Of a stretch of DNA of 32,000 bases, positions 8,524 through 17,829 are shown piece by piece. The stretch covers positions 1,350,001 through 1,382,000 of the forward strand of contig NZ_CP017260.1 of the NCBI RefSeq assembly GCF_001735745.1. The letters are read 5' to 3'. The notes beneath the pieces are model-generated. The model ran no database searches, was not told the DNA's origin, and saw nothing but the letters and a program-made list of their open reading frames with translations. The DNA is from Formosa sp. Hel1_33_131 (lineage in GTDB: Bacteria; Bacteroidota; Bacteroidia; Flavobacteriales; Flavobacteriaceae). A program made the position numbers and the translations under genes. Within the stretch, counting starts at the first letter, position 1. Each line of letters starts with the position of its first letter.

Positions 8524-10026
8524 ATGCCATCAATTAAAGCGTTTGTCGCAAAACTTTATGCGGCTAGAATTTATAATAAAATAAATAGGTGGGCCTCCAA
8601 CCCTATTGAGACTCAAGAACGGGTTTTTCAATCGTTGATTTCTGATGCTTCAGACACTCAATTTGGAAGGGATCACAATTTTAAAAACATAAAGACGCAT
8701 GCAGATTTTGTAAAACACGTTCCTGTGCGTGATTATGAGGCTTTGAAATCTTATGTAGAAAAAATGGTTGCAGGTGAAGAAGATATTCTATGGAAAGGAA
8801 AGCCTCTGTATTTTGCAAAAACATCTGGAACAACCTCAGGGGCGAAGTACATTCCGATCACAAAAGAAAGCATGCCGAGCCATATTGAAGCAGCTAAAAA
8901 TGCCATTTTACTTTACATTCATGAAACTGGAAACACCAAAATTGTGACTAGAAAAATGATTTTCTTACAGGGAAGTCCAGTTCTAGAAACCAAAAACGGC
9001 ATACAACTCGGGCGTTTGTCGGGGATTGTAGCACACTATGTTCCTAAATACCTTCAAAAAAATCGATTGCCTACCTGGGAAACCAACTGTATTGAAGACT
9101 GGGAAACCAAGGTGAATACGATTGTCCATGAGACATTGAACGAAGACATGTCTGTAATTGCGGGCATTCCGTCATGGGTTCAAATGTATTTTGAAAAACT
9201 CATTGAAGAAAAGGGACAAAAGGTTGGGCATATATTTAAAAATTTCAGTCTTTTTATTTTTGGCGGTGTAAATTATGAACCGTACCGTTCCAAATTTGAA
9301 AGTTTAATTGGAAGAAAAGTAGACAGCGTAGAGCTTTATCCTGCTAGTGAAGGGTTTTTCGCATTTCAAGATCGGCAAAATCAACCCGGAATGTTGCTTC
9401 AATTAGACTCGGGAATGTTTTATGAATTTATAATAGCAGATACTTTTTTTGATGCTTCTCCTAATCGACTGACTTTGAAAGATGTTGAAATTGGTGTGAA
9501 CTATGTCATCATTATTTCAACAAATGCGGGTCTTTGGGCTTATAACATTGGCGACACCATACAGTTTACATCGGTAGCACCGTTTAGGGTGATTGTGAGC
9601 GGACGCATCAAACACTTTATTTCTGCGTTTGGCGAACACGTCATAGCAAAAGAAGTTGAGCACGCACTTTTAAGTGCTTTAAAAACAACAGATGTGAGCG
9701 TAAGCGAATTTACAGTCGCGCCTCAAATAGCGCCAACTGAAGGGTTGCCGTACCACGAATGGTTTATTGAATTTGAAAACCCACCTTCAGATATAGAAGC
9801 ATTTGCGACTCAAATTGATGCTGCAATGAAACTTCAAAATAGTTACTATTTGGATTTAATAGAAGGAAAAGTACTGCGGTCTTTAAAAATTACGCAGGTT
9901 CAAAAAGGCGGTTTTCAAAACTATATGAAAACCATTGGAAAGTTGGGTGGACAAAACAAAACCCCACGATTATCGAACGATCGAAAAATCGCAGATGTTT
10001 TGACTCAAAATATTCAGACTAATTAA
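8524..10026 (+). CDS. GH3 (auxin-responsive promoter) family acyl-adenylate-forming amido synthetase homologue
   Basis: FAKTSGTTSGAKYIP is the GH3/ANL-type phosphate-binding loop, and YPASEGFFAFQD and NIGDTIQF are also present. The 500-aa length is typical of the bacterial GH3 family conserved in Flavobacteriia. Confidence 0.8.
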   Translation: MPSIKAFVAKLYAARIYNKINRWASNPIETQERVFQSLISDASDTQFGRDHNFKNIKTHADFVKHVPVRDYEALKSYVEKMVAGEEDILWKGKPLYFAKTSGTTSGAKYIPITKESMPSHIEAAKNAILLYIHETGNTKIVTRKMIFLQGSPVLETKNGIQLGRLSGIVAHYVPKYLQKNRLPTWETNCIEDWETKVNTIVHETLNEDMSVIAGIPSWVQMYFEKLIEEKGQKVGHIFKNFSLFIFGGVNYEPYRSKFESLIGRKVDSVELYPASEGFFAFQDRQNQPGMLLQLDSGMFYEFIIADTFFDASPNRLTLKDVEIGVNYVIIISTNAGLWAYNIGDTIQFTSVAPFRVIVSGRIKHFISAFGEHVIAKEVEHALLSALKTTDVSVSEFTVAPQIAPTEGLPYHEWFIEFENPPSDIEAFATQIDAAMKLQNSYYLDLIEGKVLRSLKITQVQKGGFQNYMKTIGKLGGQNKTPRLSNDRKIADVLTQNIQTN

Positions 10027-10044
10027 CGTATATTTGTAGTACTT

Positions 10045-11730
10045 ATGCAGAAATCTCAAATAAAAAATATAAATCGTAGCCGTGCTCAAGAAAGTTCTCA
10101 TGCCATAGAGCGCATGTATTTGACAATGCGTCATTTATTTAACCGAGGATTTTATAAGCCAATGGGTGTTTCTGGTGAGACCTTGCGTCAAGCATTACTG
10201 CAATTACGTCCCGAAATATATGGCTCTATAGGGGGTGATAAAACGGAGTTGGAAGGCTTACTTTATGTGGTTGACCGTTTACCCGTTGGGATTGAAGAGT
10301 GTGTTCTGATAAACTTAACCAGTGCTGAAGGTTTTGGAAATTCTCATTTTGAAGTGATTGTTCCCTCTAAAAGGCGTCGTAATTGTTATCGAATTGATTT
10401 TGAGCAAATGAACATCGAAATCACTCGTGGACGTTCTGAGATTTATGATATTTTGACGCATTTAACATTTATGTTTATCGAGTCTCATAAAATCGCAAAA
10501 CGTGTTGTTATTGATGACAAAGGAGCAACTACAAGAGATTGGATAAAGTTAGAAGCCGCCGTACTTTCTAAGAAAAAGCTAAATCAAAAAGAGCGGGAGT
10601 TAGCCATCACTCATACAGGGAATATTCTGGGTAGAACTTTTGAGGAAATTCTAGAGGTTTATGACCAGTTTGCAACCCCAAAACAACCGGATCATTTTTT
10701 ACATCTGATTTATTGGTTAGGAAAACGAGCGATTGAAGAAATTGTAGACAATTCTAAACGAACCATCAGCTTTAGTCCTGTCTTAAGAGAACGGTTGGGG
10801 CATCATATTCACGGAGAAGTCTGGGCGAATACCATTAAAGACACCCTCCAGAAGCATCAATTAATTAATCGACCAATTCATATTATCTCCGCAAACTTAC
10901 ACAGTGTGATGAATACGCTTCATGCACCCAAAGCGCTAAAAGACTTGTGTGCGAAGCACGAAATTTTTACGGTATATGAATTGTTGAGTAAGGAAGAAAA
11001 TAAAGCCCTTCGCAATAAAACCAAACAAGTAGCGTTGCAAGAAGGTATGATCTTTATAGAAGACAAGTCGGGAACCAACATAGACGTTCAAATTTTTGAT
11101 GCGTCTAAAATTGATTTTTCTAATACGGAATTCGAGTTTGAATCTACAAAAAACGCACCCGTAATTATCGTTATGGACTATGCTTTTGGAGAGCAAGCTT
11201 ACGAAACGATCGATGAATTGCTAAAGCCGTTTAAAACGACTGAAAACAACATTCATCTTAATGTGGATTCTATTTCTATAATGGGAAAAGCAGGAATCTT
11301 AGAAGGCTCTAAAGGAGATATTATGATTCCATCGGCACATATTTTTGAAGGAACCGCTGATAATTATCCTTTTAAAAATGAGCTAACACTTGCAGATTTT
11401 GACACAAAAGACCTGAAGGTTTTTGAAGGGACAATGGTGACCGTTTTGGGCACGTCGCTTCAAAATAAAGACCTTTTAAAGTTTTTCCATGATTCTACAT
11501 GGAATGTTATTGGTCTTGAGATGGAAGGTGCGCATTATCAAAAAGCGATACAAGCAGCCTCAAGGGTTCGACATAGTATCAATCCTAACGTTAAGGTTCG
11601 ATACGCTTATTATGCGAGTGATAACCCCCTTGAAACGGGCAGTACTTTGGCATCAGGGGGACTTGGTTCAACTGGCGTCAAACCAACCTATATAATTACG
11701 AAACAAATTTTACATCAGATATTTAATTAA
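10045..11730 (+). CDS. uncharacterised 561-aa protein: unknown N-terminal ~370 aa plus a C-terminal nucleoside-phosphorylase-superfamily (AMP nucleosidase/MTAN-like) domain
   Basis: Three C-terminal blocks line up with motifs I recall from E. coli Amn and MTAN. SISIMGKAGILEGSKGDIMIPSAHI corresponds to MIGHCGGL...GDYVLAHAY / INTGSAGGL...GDIVV. NVIGLEMEGAHYQKAI corresponds to AIDMESATIA / VEMEATA. YYASDNPLETG corresponds to CVSDKPLHGE. I do not recognise the N-terminal region. Confidence 0.5.
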   Translation: MQKSQIKNINRSRAQESSHAIERMYLTMRHLFNRGFYKPMGVSGETLRQALLQLRPEIYGSIGGDKTELEGLLYVVDRLPVGIEECVLINLTSAEGFGNSHFEVIVPSKRRRNCYRIDFEQMNIEITRGRSEIYDILTHLTFMFIESHKIAKRVVIDDKGATTRDWIKLEAAVLSKKKLNQKERELAITHTGNILGRTFEEILEVYDQFATPKQPDHFLHLIYWLGKRAIEEIVDNSKRTISFSPVLRERLGHHIHGEVWANTIKDTLQKHQLINRPIHIISANLHSVMNTLHAPKALKDLCAKHEIFTVYELLSKEENKALRNKTKQVALQEGMIFIEDKSGTNIDVQIFDASKIDFSNTEFEFESTKNAPVIIVMDYAFGEQAYETIDELLKPFKTTENNIHLNVDSISIMGKAGILEGSKGDIMIPSAHIFEGTADNYPFKNELTLADFDTKDLKVFEGTMVTVLGTSLQNKDLLKFFHDSTWNVIGLEMEGAHYQKAIQAASRVRHSINPNVKVRYAYYASDNPLETGSTLASGGLGSTGVKPTYIITKQILHQIFN

Positions 11731-11739
11731 TAATACATT

Positions 11740-12828
11740 ATGAGCACAAATTCTAACACCCCTAACAATTCCGAAGAAGTTGATTTAGGACAACTTTTTA
11801 AGCTTATCGGAACTATTTTTGATCGTTTTTTTAATTTTATACTTCGTATTTTCAAGAATCTTTTTTTGGCGTTTGTGTGGGTCATCCTCCTTGTAAAGAA
11901 ACGGATCATTATTCTTACCTTAGCAACGATTTCTGGACTTATCATTGGGGCTTTAAGCAAAAAAACCGTCGCTGCTAAATATGAGTCTTCAGTGACCGTG
12001 GTGCAAAATTACCCAACGGGTGAGAATCTATACAACTCCGTAGGTTACTACAATGACTTATTAAAACAAAAAGATTTCGAGACACTGGGCATAGTTTTAA
12101 ATTTAGACCTCGAAAGAACGAAATCTATATTAACTTTTGATGTGGAGCCAGTTGTTAGTGATAACGAAAAACTCCTTGCTTTTAATAAATATGTTAAGCA
12201 ATTGGATTCTTTAGCAGCGACTAAAATCGAATATGAAGATTTCTTAGATAACAATGAAGACCATACGCATAAATATCAACAAATTCGTATAGAGTCTTCT
12301 GAGCGAAATAGTTTTAAATCTGTTTTTGAAAATATTGTTAAGTCGATTAATTTAAATCCATTTTTCCTAAATGAGCAGCGTAAAGATATTGTAGAACTCA
12401 ACAACACCAAAGAAGCTTTAGAGCTTGCATTGGATAAGTCGGAATCTCTTCAAGACACCTACAAGAGGGTTTTGGAACAAGGCCTAGATGCTGATGAAAC
12501 CTCCAAAACTTCTGAAATTGGAATCACTTTTGAAGGTTCTAGTGAAACTGATAAAACCAAAGAATATGATTTATACCAGAGTGATTTAGAATTGAGAAGT
12601 CAATTGGTACAAATAGAAAGAGATCTGTTAGACAAGCAATACATTGTTGAAATGATTTCGAACAAACAGGACTCGGGGTCTGCGAGCACTACAAATACAC
12701 TTTTTGGAATAGAATTGAACACGACCCTGTTTCTAGGTGTTTTAGCACTTTTAGTTGCTATGGCTGTTTTATTTGGGATAGAGTTTTTAAAGTTTATAGA
12801 AAAGTTTAATAAGAAAACCAACAATTAA
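11740..12828 (+). CDS. polysaccharide co-polymerase (Wzz/chain-length-determinant-like) membrane protein without a kinase domain
   Basis: It has PCP-like topology. An N-terminal EVDLGQLF box is followed by a TM helix, then a ~250-aa coiled-coil-rich periplasmic segment, then a C-terminal TM helix (LFLGVLALLVAMAVLFGIEF). It sits at the head of a glycan locus. There are no Walker motifs. Confidence 0.5.
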   Translation: MSTNSNTPNNSEEVDLGQLFKLIGTIFDRFFNFILRIFKNLFLAFVWVILLVKKRIIILTLATISGLIIGALSKKTVAAKYESSVTVVQNYPTGENLYNSVGYYNDLLKQKDFETLGIVLNLDLERTKSILTFDVEPVVSDNEKLLAFNKYVKQLDSLAATKIEYEDFLDNNEDHTHKYQQIRIESSERNSFKSVFENIVKSINLNPFFLNEQRKDIVELNNTKEALELALDKSESLQDTYKRVLEQGLDADETSKTSEIGITFEGSSETDKTKEYDLYQSDLELRSQLVQIERDLLDKQYIVEMISNKQDSGSASTTNTLFGIELNTTLFLGVLALLVAMAVLFGIEFLKFIEKFNKKTNN

Positions 12829-12852
12829 CAGGCGTCCCTTAAGTTGTAAAAC

Positions 12853-13398
12853 ATGAAAATTAGTGATACCAGCCTTATCGATTGTAAGACCATTTCTCTT
12901 CAAATTCATAATGACAGTCGCGGTTATTTTTCTGAAACGTATCGTCAAGATAAACTAAACACTGCTTTAGGTTATGAAGTTAATTTTGTTCAGGACAATG
13001 AATCGTTTTCGAAAAAAGGAACTTTGAGGGGTTTGCATTACCAGACAGGCATTTATGCTCAGGCAAAACTTATCAGGGTTATACAGGGGAGGGTTTTAGA
13101 TGTCGTCGTAGATCTTCGAAAAAATTCGTCTTCATTTTCTAAACACTTCTCAATTGAATTATCAGAAGAAAATAAAACACAACTTTTTATTCCAAGAGGA
13201 TTTGCACACGGGTTTATAGTTCTTAGTGATACGGCCATCTTTTCTTACAAATGTGATAATTTTTATAACAGTGCTCACGAAGAAGGAATTATTTATAACG
13301 ATAAAGACTTAAATATTGACTGGCAATTAGATGAAAAAGAGTTTTTGATCTCGGAAAAAGATTTAACACTGCCAACCTTTTCAAATAAGTTTCTATGA
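12853..13398 (+). CDS. rfbC: dTDP-4-dehydrorhamnose 3,5-epimerase
   Basis: The 181-aa protein carries DSRGYFSETY, GTLRGLHYQ, KLIRVIQGRVLDVVVDLRKNSSSF and LFIPRGFAHGF, the classic RmlC cupin motifs. Confidence 0.9.
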   Translation: MKISDTSLIDCKTISLQIHNDSRGYFSETYRQDKLNTALGYEVNFVQDNESFSKKGTLRGLHYQTGIYAQAKLIRVIQGRVLDVVVDLRKNSSSFSKHFSIELSEENKTQLFIPRGFAHGFIVLSDTAIFSYKCDNFYNSAHEEGIIYNDKDLNIDWQLDEKEFLISEKDLTLPTFSNKFL

Positions 13399-14258
13399 GA
13401 AATATTTTGGTAACCGGAGCAAACGGACAATTAGCAAGCTGTATAAAGGAAATAGAAAAACTGTATGAAGGTTTAAGTATTATTTACACCGATCGCCAAG
13501 AACTAGATATTTGCGATTTAAACCGGGTAGATGCGTTTTTTAAATCCAATCCGAAAATTGATTATTGTATTAATTGCGCGGCCTATACAGCTGTTGATAA
13601 AGCAGAAACAGAAGTTGATAAAGTATTTGAAATTAACGCAACAGGGCCAAAAAACTTAGCGATCGTTTGTAGCGAACATAACACGATTTTAATCCAGATT
13701 TCCACCGATTTTGTGTTTGATGGGCAAAAGGCAAAACCCTACAAAGAATTAGACATCCCGAATCCAATTAATGTATATGGAGCTTCTAAATTGCAGGGCG
13801 AAGTTGAGATACAAAAAACATTAGAAAATTATTTTATAATTAGAACTTCTTGGTTATATTCTGCGTACGGAAATAATTTCATGAAAACCATGTTAAAACT
13901 TGCCGATACAAGCGATCAAATAAATGTAGTCAGCGATCAAATAGGATCGCCAACGTATGCAGGAGATTTAGCAGAAGTGATATTAAATATCATTAATTCT
14001 AGTAATAAGAGTTTTGGATTGTATCACTATAGTAGTGAGGGTGTGGCTAGTTGGTATGATTTCACAAAAGCTATTTTTGAAGAATCAAAAAAAGAAATAA
14101 AGATAAACCCAATTGAAACAGCCGTATATCCAACCACAGCGAAGCGACCTGTTTATAGTGTGATGGATAAGTCTAAAATTAAAAGTACTATGGAAATCGA
14201 AATCCCTCATTGGAGAGAAACAATAAGCAACAGTGTAAATTATTTATCAGAAGATTAA
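13395..14258 (+). CDS. rfbD: dTDP-4-dehydrorhamnose reductase
   Basis: ILVTGANGQLA is the Rossmann motif, YGASKLQGE is the YxxxK motif, and RTSWLYS and VSDQIGSPTYAGDLA are also present. The ATGA start/stop overlaps rfbC. Confidence 0.9.
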   Translation: MRNILVTGANGQLASCIKEIEKLYEGLSIIYTDRQELDICDLNRVDAFFKSNPKIDYCINCAAYTAVDKAETEVDKVFEINATGPKNLAIVCSEHNTILIQISTDFVFDGQKAKPYKELDIPNPINVYGASKLQGEVEIQKTLENYFIIRTSWLYSAYGNNFMKTMLKLADTSDQINVVSDQIGSPTYAGDLAEVILNIINSSNKSFGLYHYSSEGVASWYDFTKAIFEESKKEIKINPIETAVYPTTAKRPVYSVMDKSKIKSTMEIEIPHWRETISNSVNYLSED

Positions 14259-14268
14259 ATATAAAAAA

Positions 14269-15297
14269 ATGAATAAAAAGTTTGAATTAAAAGGAAAATC
14301 TATATTAATTACTGGAGGGACAGGTTCTCTTGGGAAAGCACTTACAAGTCATATTCTTGCTACATATCCCGAAACTCGAAAACTCATTATTTATTCTAGA
14401 GATGAGCAAAAGCAGTTTCAAATGGCTCAAGAATTTCCTGTACATAAATATCCACAAATACGTTATTTTATTGGAGATGTTAGAGACAAGGACCGTCTAA
14501 CAAGAGCCTTTCAAGACGTTGATTATGTGATTCATGCAGCTGCCATGAAACACGTTCATATTGCAGAATACAATCCAGGAGAGTGTATTAAAACCAATAT
14601 AGGCGGCGCTGAAAATGTGGTTGAAGCCTGCCTTCAAACGAAGGTTCAACGTGTAGTAGCCTTATCTACTGATAAAGCCTGTGCCCCCATAAATTTATAT
14701 GGCGCCACGAAGCTTACTTCTGATAAATTATTTATAGCAGCTAATAATATAAAAGGAGACAATCCCATTCGTTTTTCCGTAGTTCGATATGGGAACGTTA
14801 TGGGCTCTAATGGTTCTGTAATTCCATTTTTTATTAATAAAAAGAAAGAAGAGAATAAACTTCCTATTACCGACCCCAATATGACCCGATTTAATATTTC
14901 TCTTCAGGGAGGAGTTGATATGGTGATGCATGCGCTTGAGCACGCTTGGGGAGGGGAATTATTTGTTCCTAAAATACCGTCTTATAAAATCATGGATGTT
15001 GCAAACGCTATTGGCCCAGACTGTGAGAAACCCTTAGTGGGAATTAGACCAGGCGAAAAAGTTCATGAAGAGATGATTACCCCTTCAGATTCTTTTTACA
15101 CCTACGACTTAGGAAAATATTATGTAATATTGCCCGCAACACATATGTGGAAGTTAAGGGACTTTTTAGACACTTTTGATGCCAAAAAAGCACCTCATGG
15201 GTTTAGTTATAATTCAGGTGATAATGATGATTGGGAAACCGTAGAAAGTCTTAGAAATTTAATAAAAGAACATGTAGATTATAACTTTAAAGTATAA
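14269..15297 (+). CDS. pseB: UDP-N-acetylglucosamine 4,6-dehydratase (inverting), PseB/FlaA1 type
   Basis: It agrees nearly motif-for-motif with the PseB family as I recall it: ILITGGTGSLGKA, IIYSRDEQKQ, FIGDVRDKDRL, ALSTDKACAPINLYGATKLTSDKLF, VVRYGNVMGSNGSVIPFF, ITDPNMTRF and GIRPGEKVHEEMI. Confidence 0.9.
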   Translation: MNKKFELKGKSILITGGTGSLGKALTSHILATYPETRKLIIYSRDEQKQFQMAQEFPVHKYPQIRYFIGDVRDKDRLTRAFQDVDYVIHAAAMKHVHIAEYNPGECIKTNIGGAENVVEACLQTKVQRVVALSTDKACAPINLYGATKLTSDKLFIAANNIKGDNPIRFSVVRYGNVMGSNGSVIPFFINKKKEENKLPITDPNMTRFNISLQGGVDMVMHALEHAWGGELFVPKIPSYKIMDVANAIGPDCEKPLVGIRPGEKVHEEMITPSDSFYTYDLGKYYVILPATHMWKLRDFLDTFDAKKAPHGFSYNSGDNDDWETVESLRNLIKEHVDYNFKV

Positions 15298-16439
15298 TGA
15301 AAGTGATCCCTTACGGAAGACAACATATAGACCAAGACGATATTGATACGGTTGTAAAAACGCTTTCTGCAGATTTTTTAACGCAAGGACCAAAGGTTAA
15401 AGAGTTTGAAGAAAAGTTTGCGACCTATGTAGGTGCAAGATTTGCAGTTGCTGTAAACAATGCTACTTCAGGACTGCACTTAGCAGTTTTGGCACTCGGT
15501 TTAAAAAAAGGAGAACGTGTTATTACAACGCCTATTACCTTTGCTGCATCGGCGAACTGTGTTCGATACGCGGGCGGCAAAGTTTGGTTTGCAGATATTG
15601 ACAAAGATTCATACACATTATGTTTAGAAAGCACTAGAAAGCTTATTGAGAGCAAGCCAAAAGGTTTTTTTAAAGGCATAATACCTGTTGATTTTGCGGG
15701 GCTTCCAGTAGATTTAGAAGCATTTAGAGCCTTGGCCGACAAACATGATTTATGGATCATTGAAGATGCCTGCCATGCACCAGGAGGTTATTTTACAGAT
15801 TCAAAAAGTAAAAAACAACTGTGTGGTAACGGAAATTATGCAGATATAGGGATATTTTCATTCCACCCAGTAAAACATATCGCGTGTGGAGAAGGCGGGA
15901 TGATTACTACAAATTCCGAAACACTGTATAAAAAGCTAGCATCCTTAAGATCACATGGGATCACCAAAGATCACATGGCTGAAAACCATGGTGGTTGGTT
16001 TTATGAAATGCAAGAGTTAGGGTTTAACTACAGGCTAACAGATATACAATCAGCCTTAGGGATTACACAACTTGCAAAAAATAACGCTGGTGTAGCGAGA
16101 AGAAACGACATAGCAAAAACTTACAAACACGCTTTTAAAGGAATTGTGAAATTTCAAAACTTACAAGAAGGTGATTTAAATGCACATCATTTATTTGTCA
16201 TAGAGGTTGAAGATAGAAAAGGGTTATACGACTTTTTAAGAACGCATCAAATTTTTGCTCAAATACATTATATCCCCGTACATACGTTGCCCTATTATAA
16301 AGAAATAGGGTATAAAAGTGCAGATTTAAGCAACTCTGAAGCCTATTATTCTAAATGCATTAGTTTGCCAATGTATCCGACTCTAACAGATGAAGAACAA
16401 GCATTTGTTATTGAAAAAGTGTTAACTTTTGTGAAATGA
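15297..16439 (+). CDS. pseC: UDP-4-amino-4,6-dideoxy-N-acetyl-beta-L-altrosamine transaminase (DegT/DnrJ/EryC1 family)
   Basis: IPYGRQHIDQDDIDTVVKTLSADFLTQGP, NATSGLHLA, FSFHPVKHIACGEGG (PLP lysine), SHGITKD, GFNYRLTDIQSALG and HYIPVHTLPYY are present. The TAATG start/stop overlaps pseB. Confidence 0.9.
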   Translation: MKVIPYGRQHIDQDDIDTVVKTLSADFLTQGPKVKEFEEKFATYVGARFAVAVNNATSGLHLAVLALGLKKGERVITTPITFAASANCVRYAGGKVWFADIDKDSYTLCLESTRKLIESKPKGFFKGIIPVDFAGLPVDLEAFRALADKHDLWIIEDACHAPGGYFTDSKSKKQLCGNGNYADIGIFSFHPVKHIACGEGGMITTNSETLYKKLASLRSHGITKDHMAENHGGWFYEMQELGFNYRLTDIQSALGITQLAKNNAGVARRNDIAKTYKHAFKGIVKFQNLQEGDLNAHHLFVIEVEDRKGLYDFLRTHQIFAQIHYIPVHTLPYYKEIGYKSADLSNSEAYYSKCISLPMYPTLTDEEQAFVIEKVLTFVK

Positions 16440-16960
16440 AATCAAAATATTTAGAGTCCAAAAGGCTTTATTTTGAAGCACTTTCCTCAAAACACCTTTC
16501 GGAAGTCTATGTGAATTGGCTCAACGATACGAGAGTAAATAAATACTTAGAGTCTGGTGGCGATTATACATTAAATAAACTAGAATCGTTTTTAAATGAA
16601 CAAGAACAAAAAAATATTTTGTTTTGGGCGATTCACATTAAAGAGTCTAAAAAGCATATTGGGAATATAAAAATTGACCCCATAAACTTAGATAATAATT
16701 CTGGGGAATACGGAATATTGATGGGCGATTGTAACGAATGGGGCAAGGGTTATGCCAAAGAAGCTTCTGTAGCCATTATAGATTATTGCTTTAAGACTCT
16801 AAAATTCTCTAAAATTACATTAGGAGTCATTGACGAAAACAAGAATGCTGTAAAACTATATGAGAAATTAGGGTTCGCAACAGAATCTATCATTGAAAAC
16901 TCAGGAGTTTACGACAACAAGATGTGTAACTCTATACGAATGGTAAAAAGAAATGATTGA
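16436..16960 (+). CDS. pseH: GNAT (RimL/Acetyltransf_3-type) N-acetyltransferase, candidate for the PseH step
   Basis: The 174-aa protein has the GNAT core GILMGDCNEWGKGYAKEA...NKNAVKLYEKLGF. It sits directly after pseC with an ATGA overlap. The PseH role is inferred from context and fold only. Confidence 0.6.
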   Translation: MKSKYLESKRLYFEALSSKHLSEVYVNWLNDTRVNKYLESGGDYTLNKLESFLNEQEQKNILFWAIHIKESKKHIGNIKIDPINLDNNSGEYGILMGDCNEWGKGYAKEASVAIIDYCFKTLKFSKITLGVIDENKNAVKLYEKLGFATESIIENSGVYDNKMCNSIRMVKRND

Positions 16961-17828
16961 AAAAATTGTATTAGGAACAGTTCAGCTAGGGCTAGATTAT
17001 GGGGTCAATAATCAACATGGAAAACCTTCATTAGAACAAGCGTTTGAAATTTTAGAGGTTGCCTTTGATAACGGAATAAAGACCCTTGATACTGCTGAAG
17101 CCTATGGGAATTCTCAAGAAATTATAGGGAAATTCCAAAAAGAACAGCCCAACAAAAAGTTTCAAATTATCACGAAACTTGCTAGCAATACAGAAATTGC
17201 TCCCAAAAAATTTATTGAACATATCGCTCAAAATTGTAAAATTTTAAATAGCGATCAACTTTTTGGGTATATGTTTCATAACTACCCAAGCTTTAAAGCT
17301 AGAGAAGGGTTGTATGATAAATTATTATTAGCAAAAAAAGAAGGACTTGTTTCAAAAGCAGGAATTTCACTTTATGGTAATAATGAAATAGAAGATGTGT
17401 TAAACAACTATGATGGTTTTGATTTTATCCAAATACCATTTAACTTGTTTGACAATGATTCTAAAAGAAGTGCTCTTTTAAAAGAGGCAAAGCGAAAGGG
17501 TGTTGAAGTACACACGCGATCTGTGTTTTTACAAGGTCTTTTTTTTAAACCCAAAAGTAAGATATCAGCAAAGTTACAACCCCTGATAACGTATTTGGCT
17601 ACACTGGAAAACATAAAAAATTCTACGTCAATTAACACACAAACATTAGCTTTGCAATACGTTTTACAAAAAATATATATAGACCACGTTTTGATCGGAG
17701 TAGAAACCGCAAAACAGCTAGTTGATAATATAACTAATTGTAAGATAGAACAGACAATTCCTCATCATTTAATTGATGCAATTGATGTAAAAGAAATAGA
17801 ACTGTTAAACCCTTCAAACTGGAGTTAA
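16953..17828 (+). CDS. aldo/keto reductase family oxidoreductase
   Basis: LGTVQLGLDYG is present. LDTAEAYG supplies catalytic Asp/Tyr, ITKL supplies Lys and MFHNY supplies His. The IPFNLFD and SVFLQGLF blocks are also present. It overlaps the GNAT gene by 8 nt. Confidence 0.8.
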   Translation: MIEKIVLGTVQLGLDYGVNNQHGKPSLEQAFEILEVAFDNGIKTLDTAEAYGNSQEIIGKFQKEQPNKKFQIITKLASNTEIAPKKFIEHIAQNCKILNSDQLFGYMFHNYPSFKAREGLYDKLLLAKKEGLVSKAGISLYGNNEIEDVLNNYDGFDFIQIPFNLFDNDSKRSALLKEAKRKGVEVHTRSVFLQGLFFKPKSKISAKLQPLITYLATLENIKNSTSINTQTLALQYVLQKIYIDHVLIGVETAKQLVDNITNCKIEQTIPHHLIDAIDVKEIELLNPSNWS

Positions 17829-17829
17829 T

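Noticed and set aside
10045-11730. Reading the PNP-like-domain protein as an anti-phage ATP-degrading effector (Detocs- or CBASS-type PNP effectors)
   Set aside because: No partner genes are nearby: no histidine kinase or phosphotransfer proteins, cyclase, or other sensor. No mobile-element context is present. The gene sits in a tight housekeeping-like operon. The Amn/MTAN-like metabolic reading is more parsimonious, though the N-terminal domain remains unknown.
15425-15760. 111-aa antisense ORF inside pseC, and a 120-aa antisense ORF at 25395-25757 inside wzx
   Set aside because: Same reasoning as above. The sense-strand genes are well supported and there are no independent signals.
16951-16960. 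The identical 8-nt overlap sequence ATGATTGA occurs at two gene junctions (16953-16960 and 28003-28010)
   Set aside because: It is a short coincidence of ...N-D-stop overlapping M-I-E/D. The flanks are not otherwise similar, so there is no evidence of duplication.
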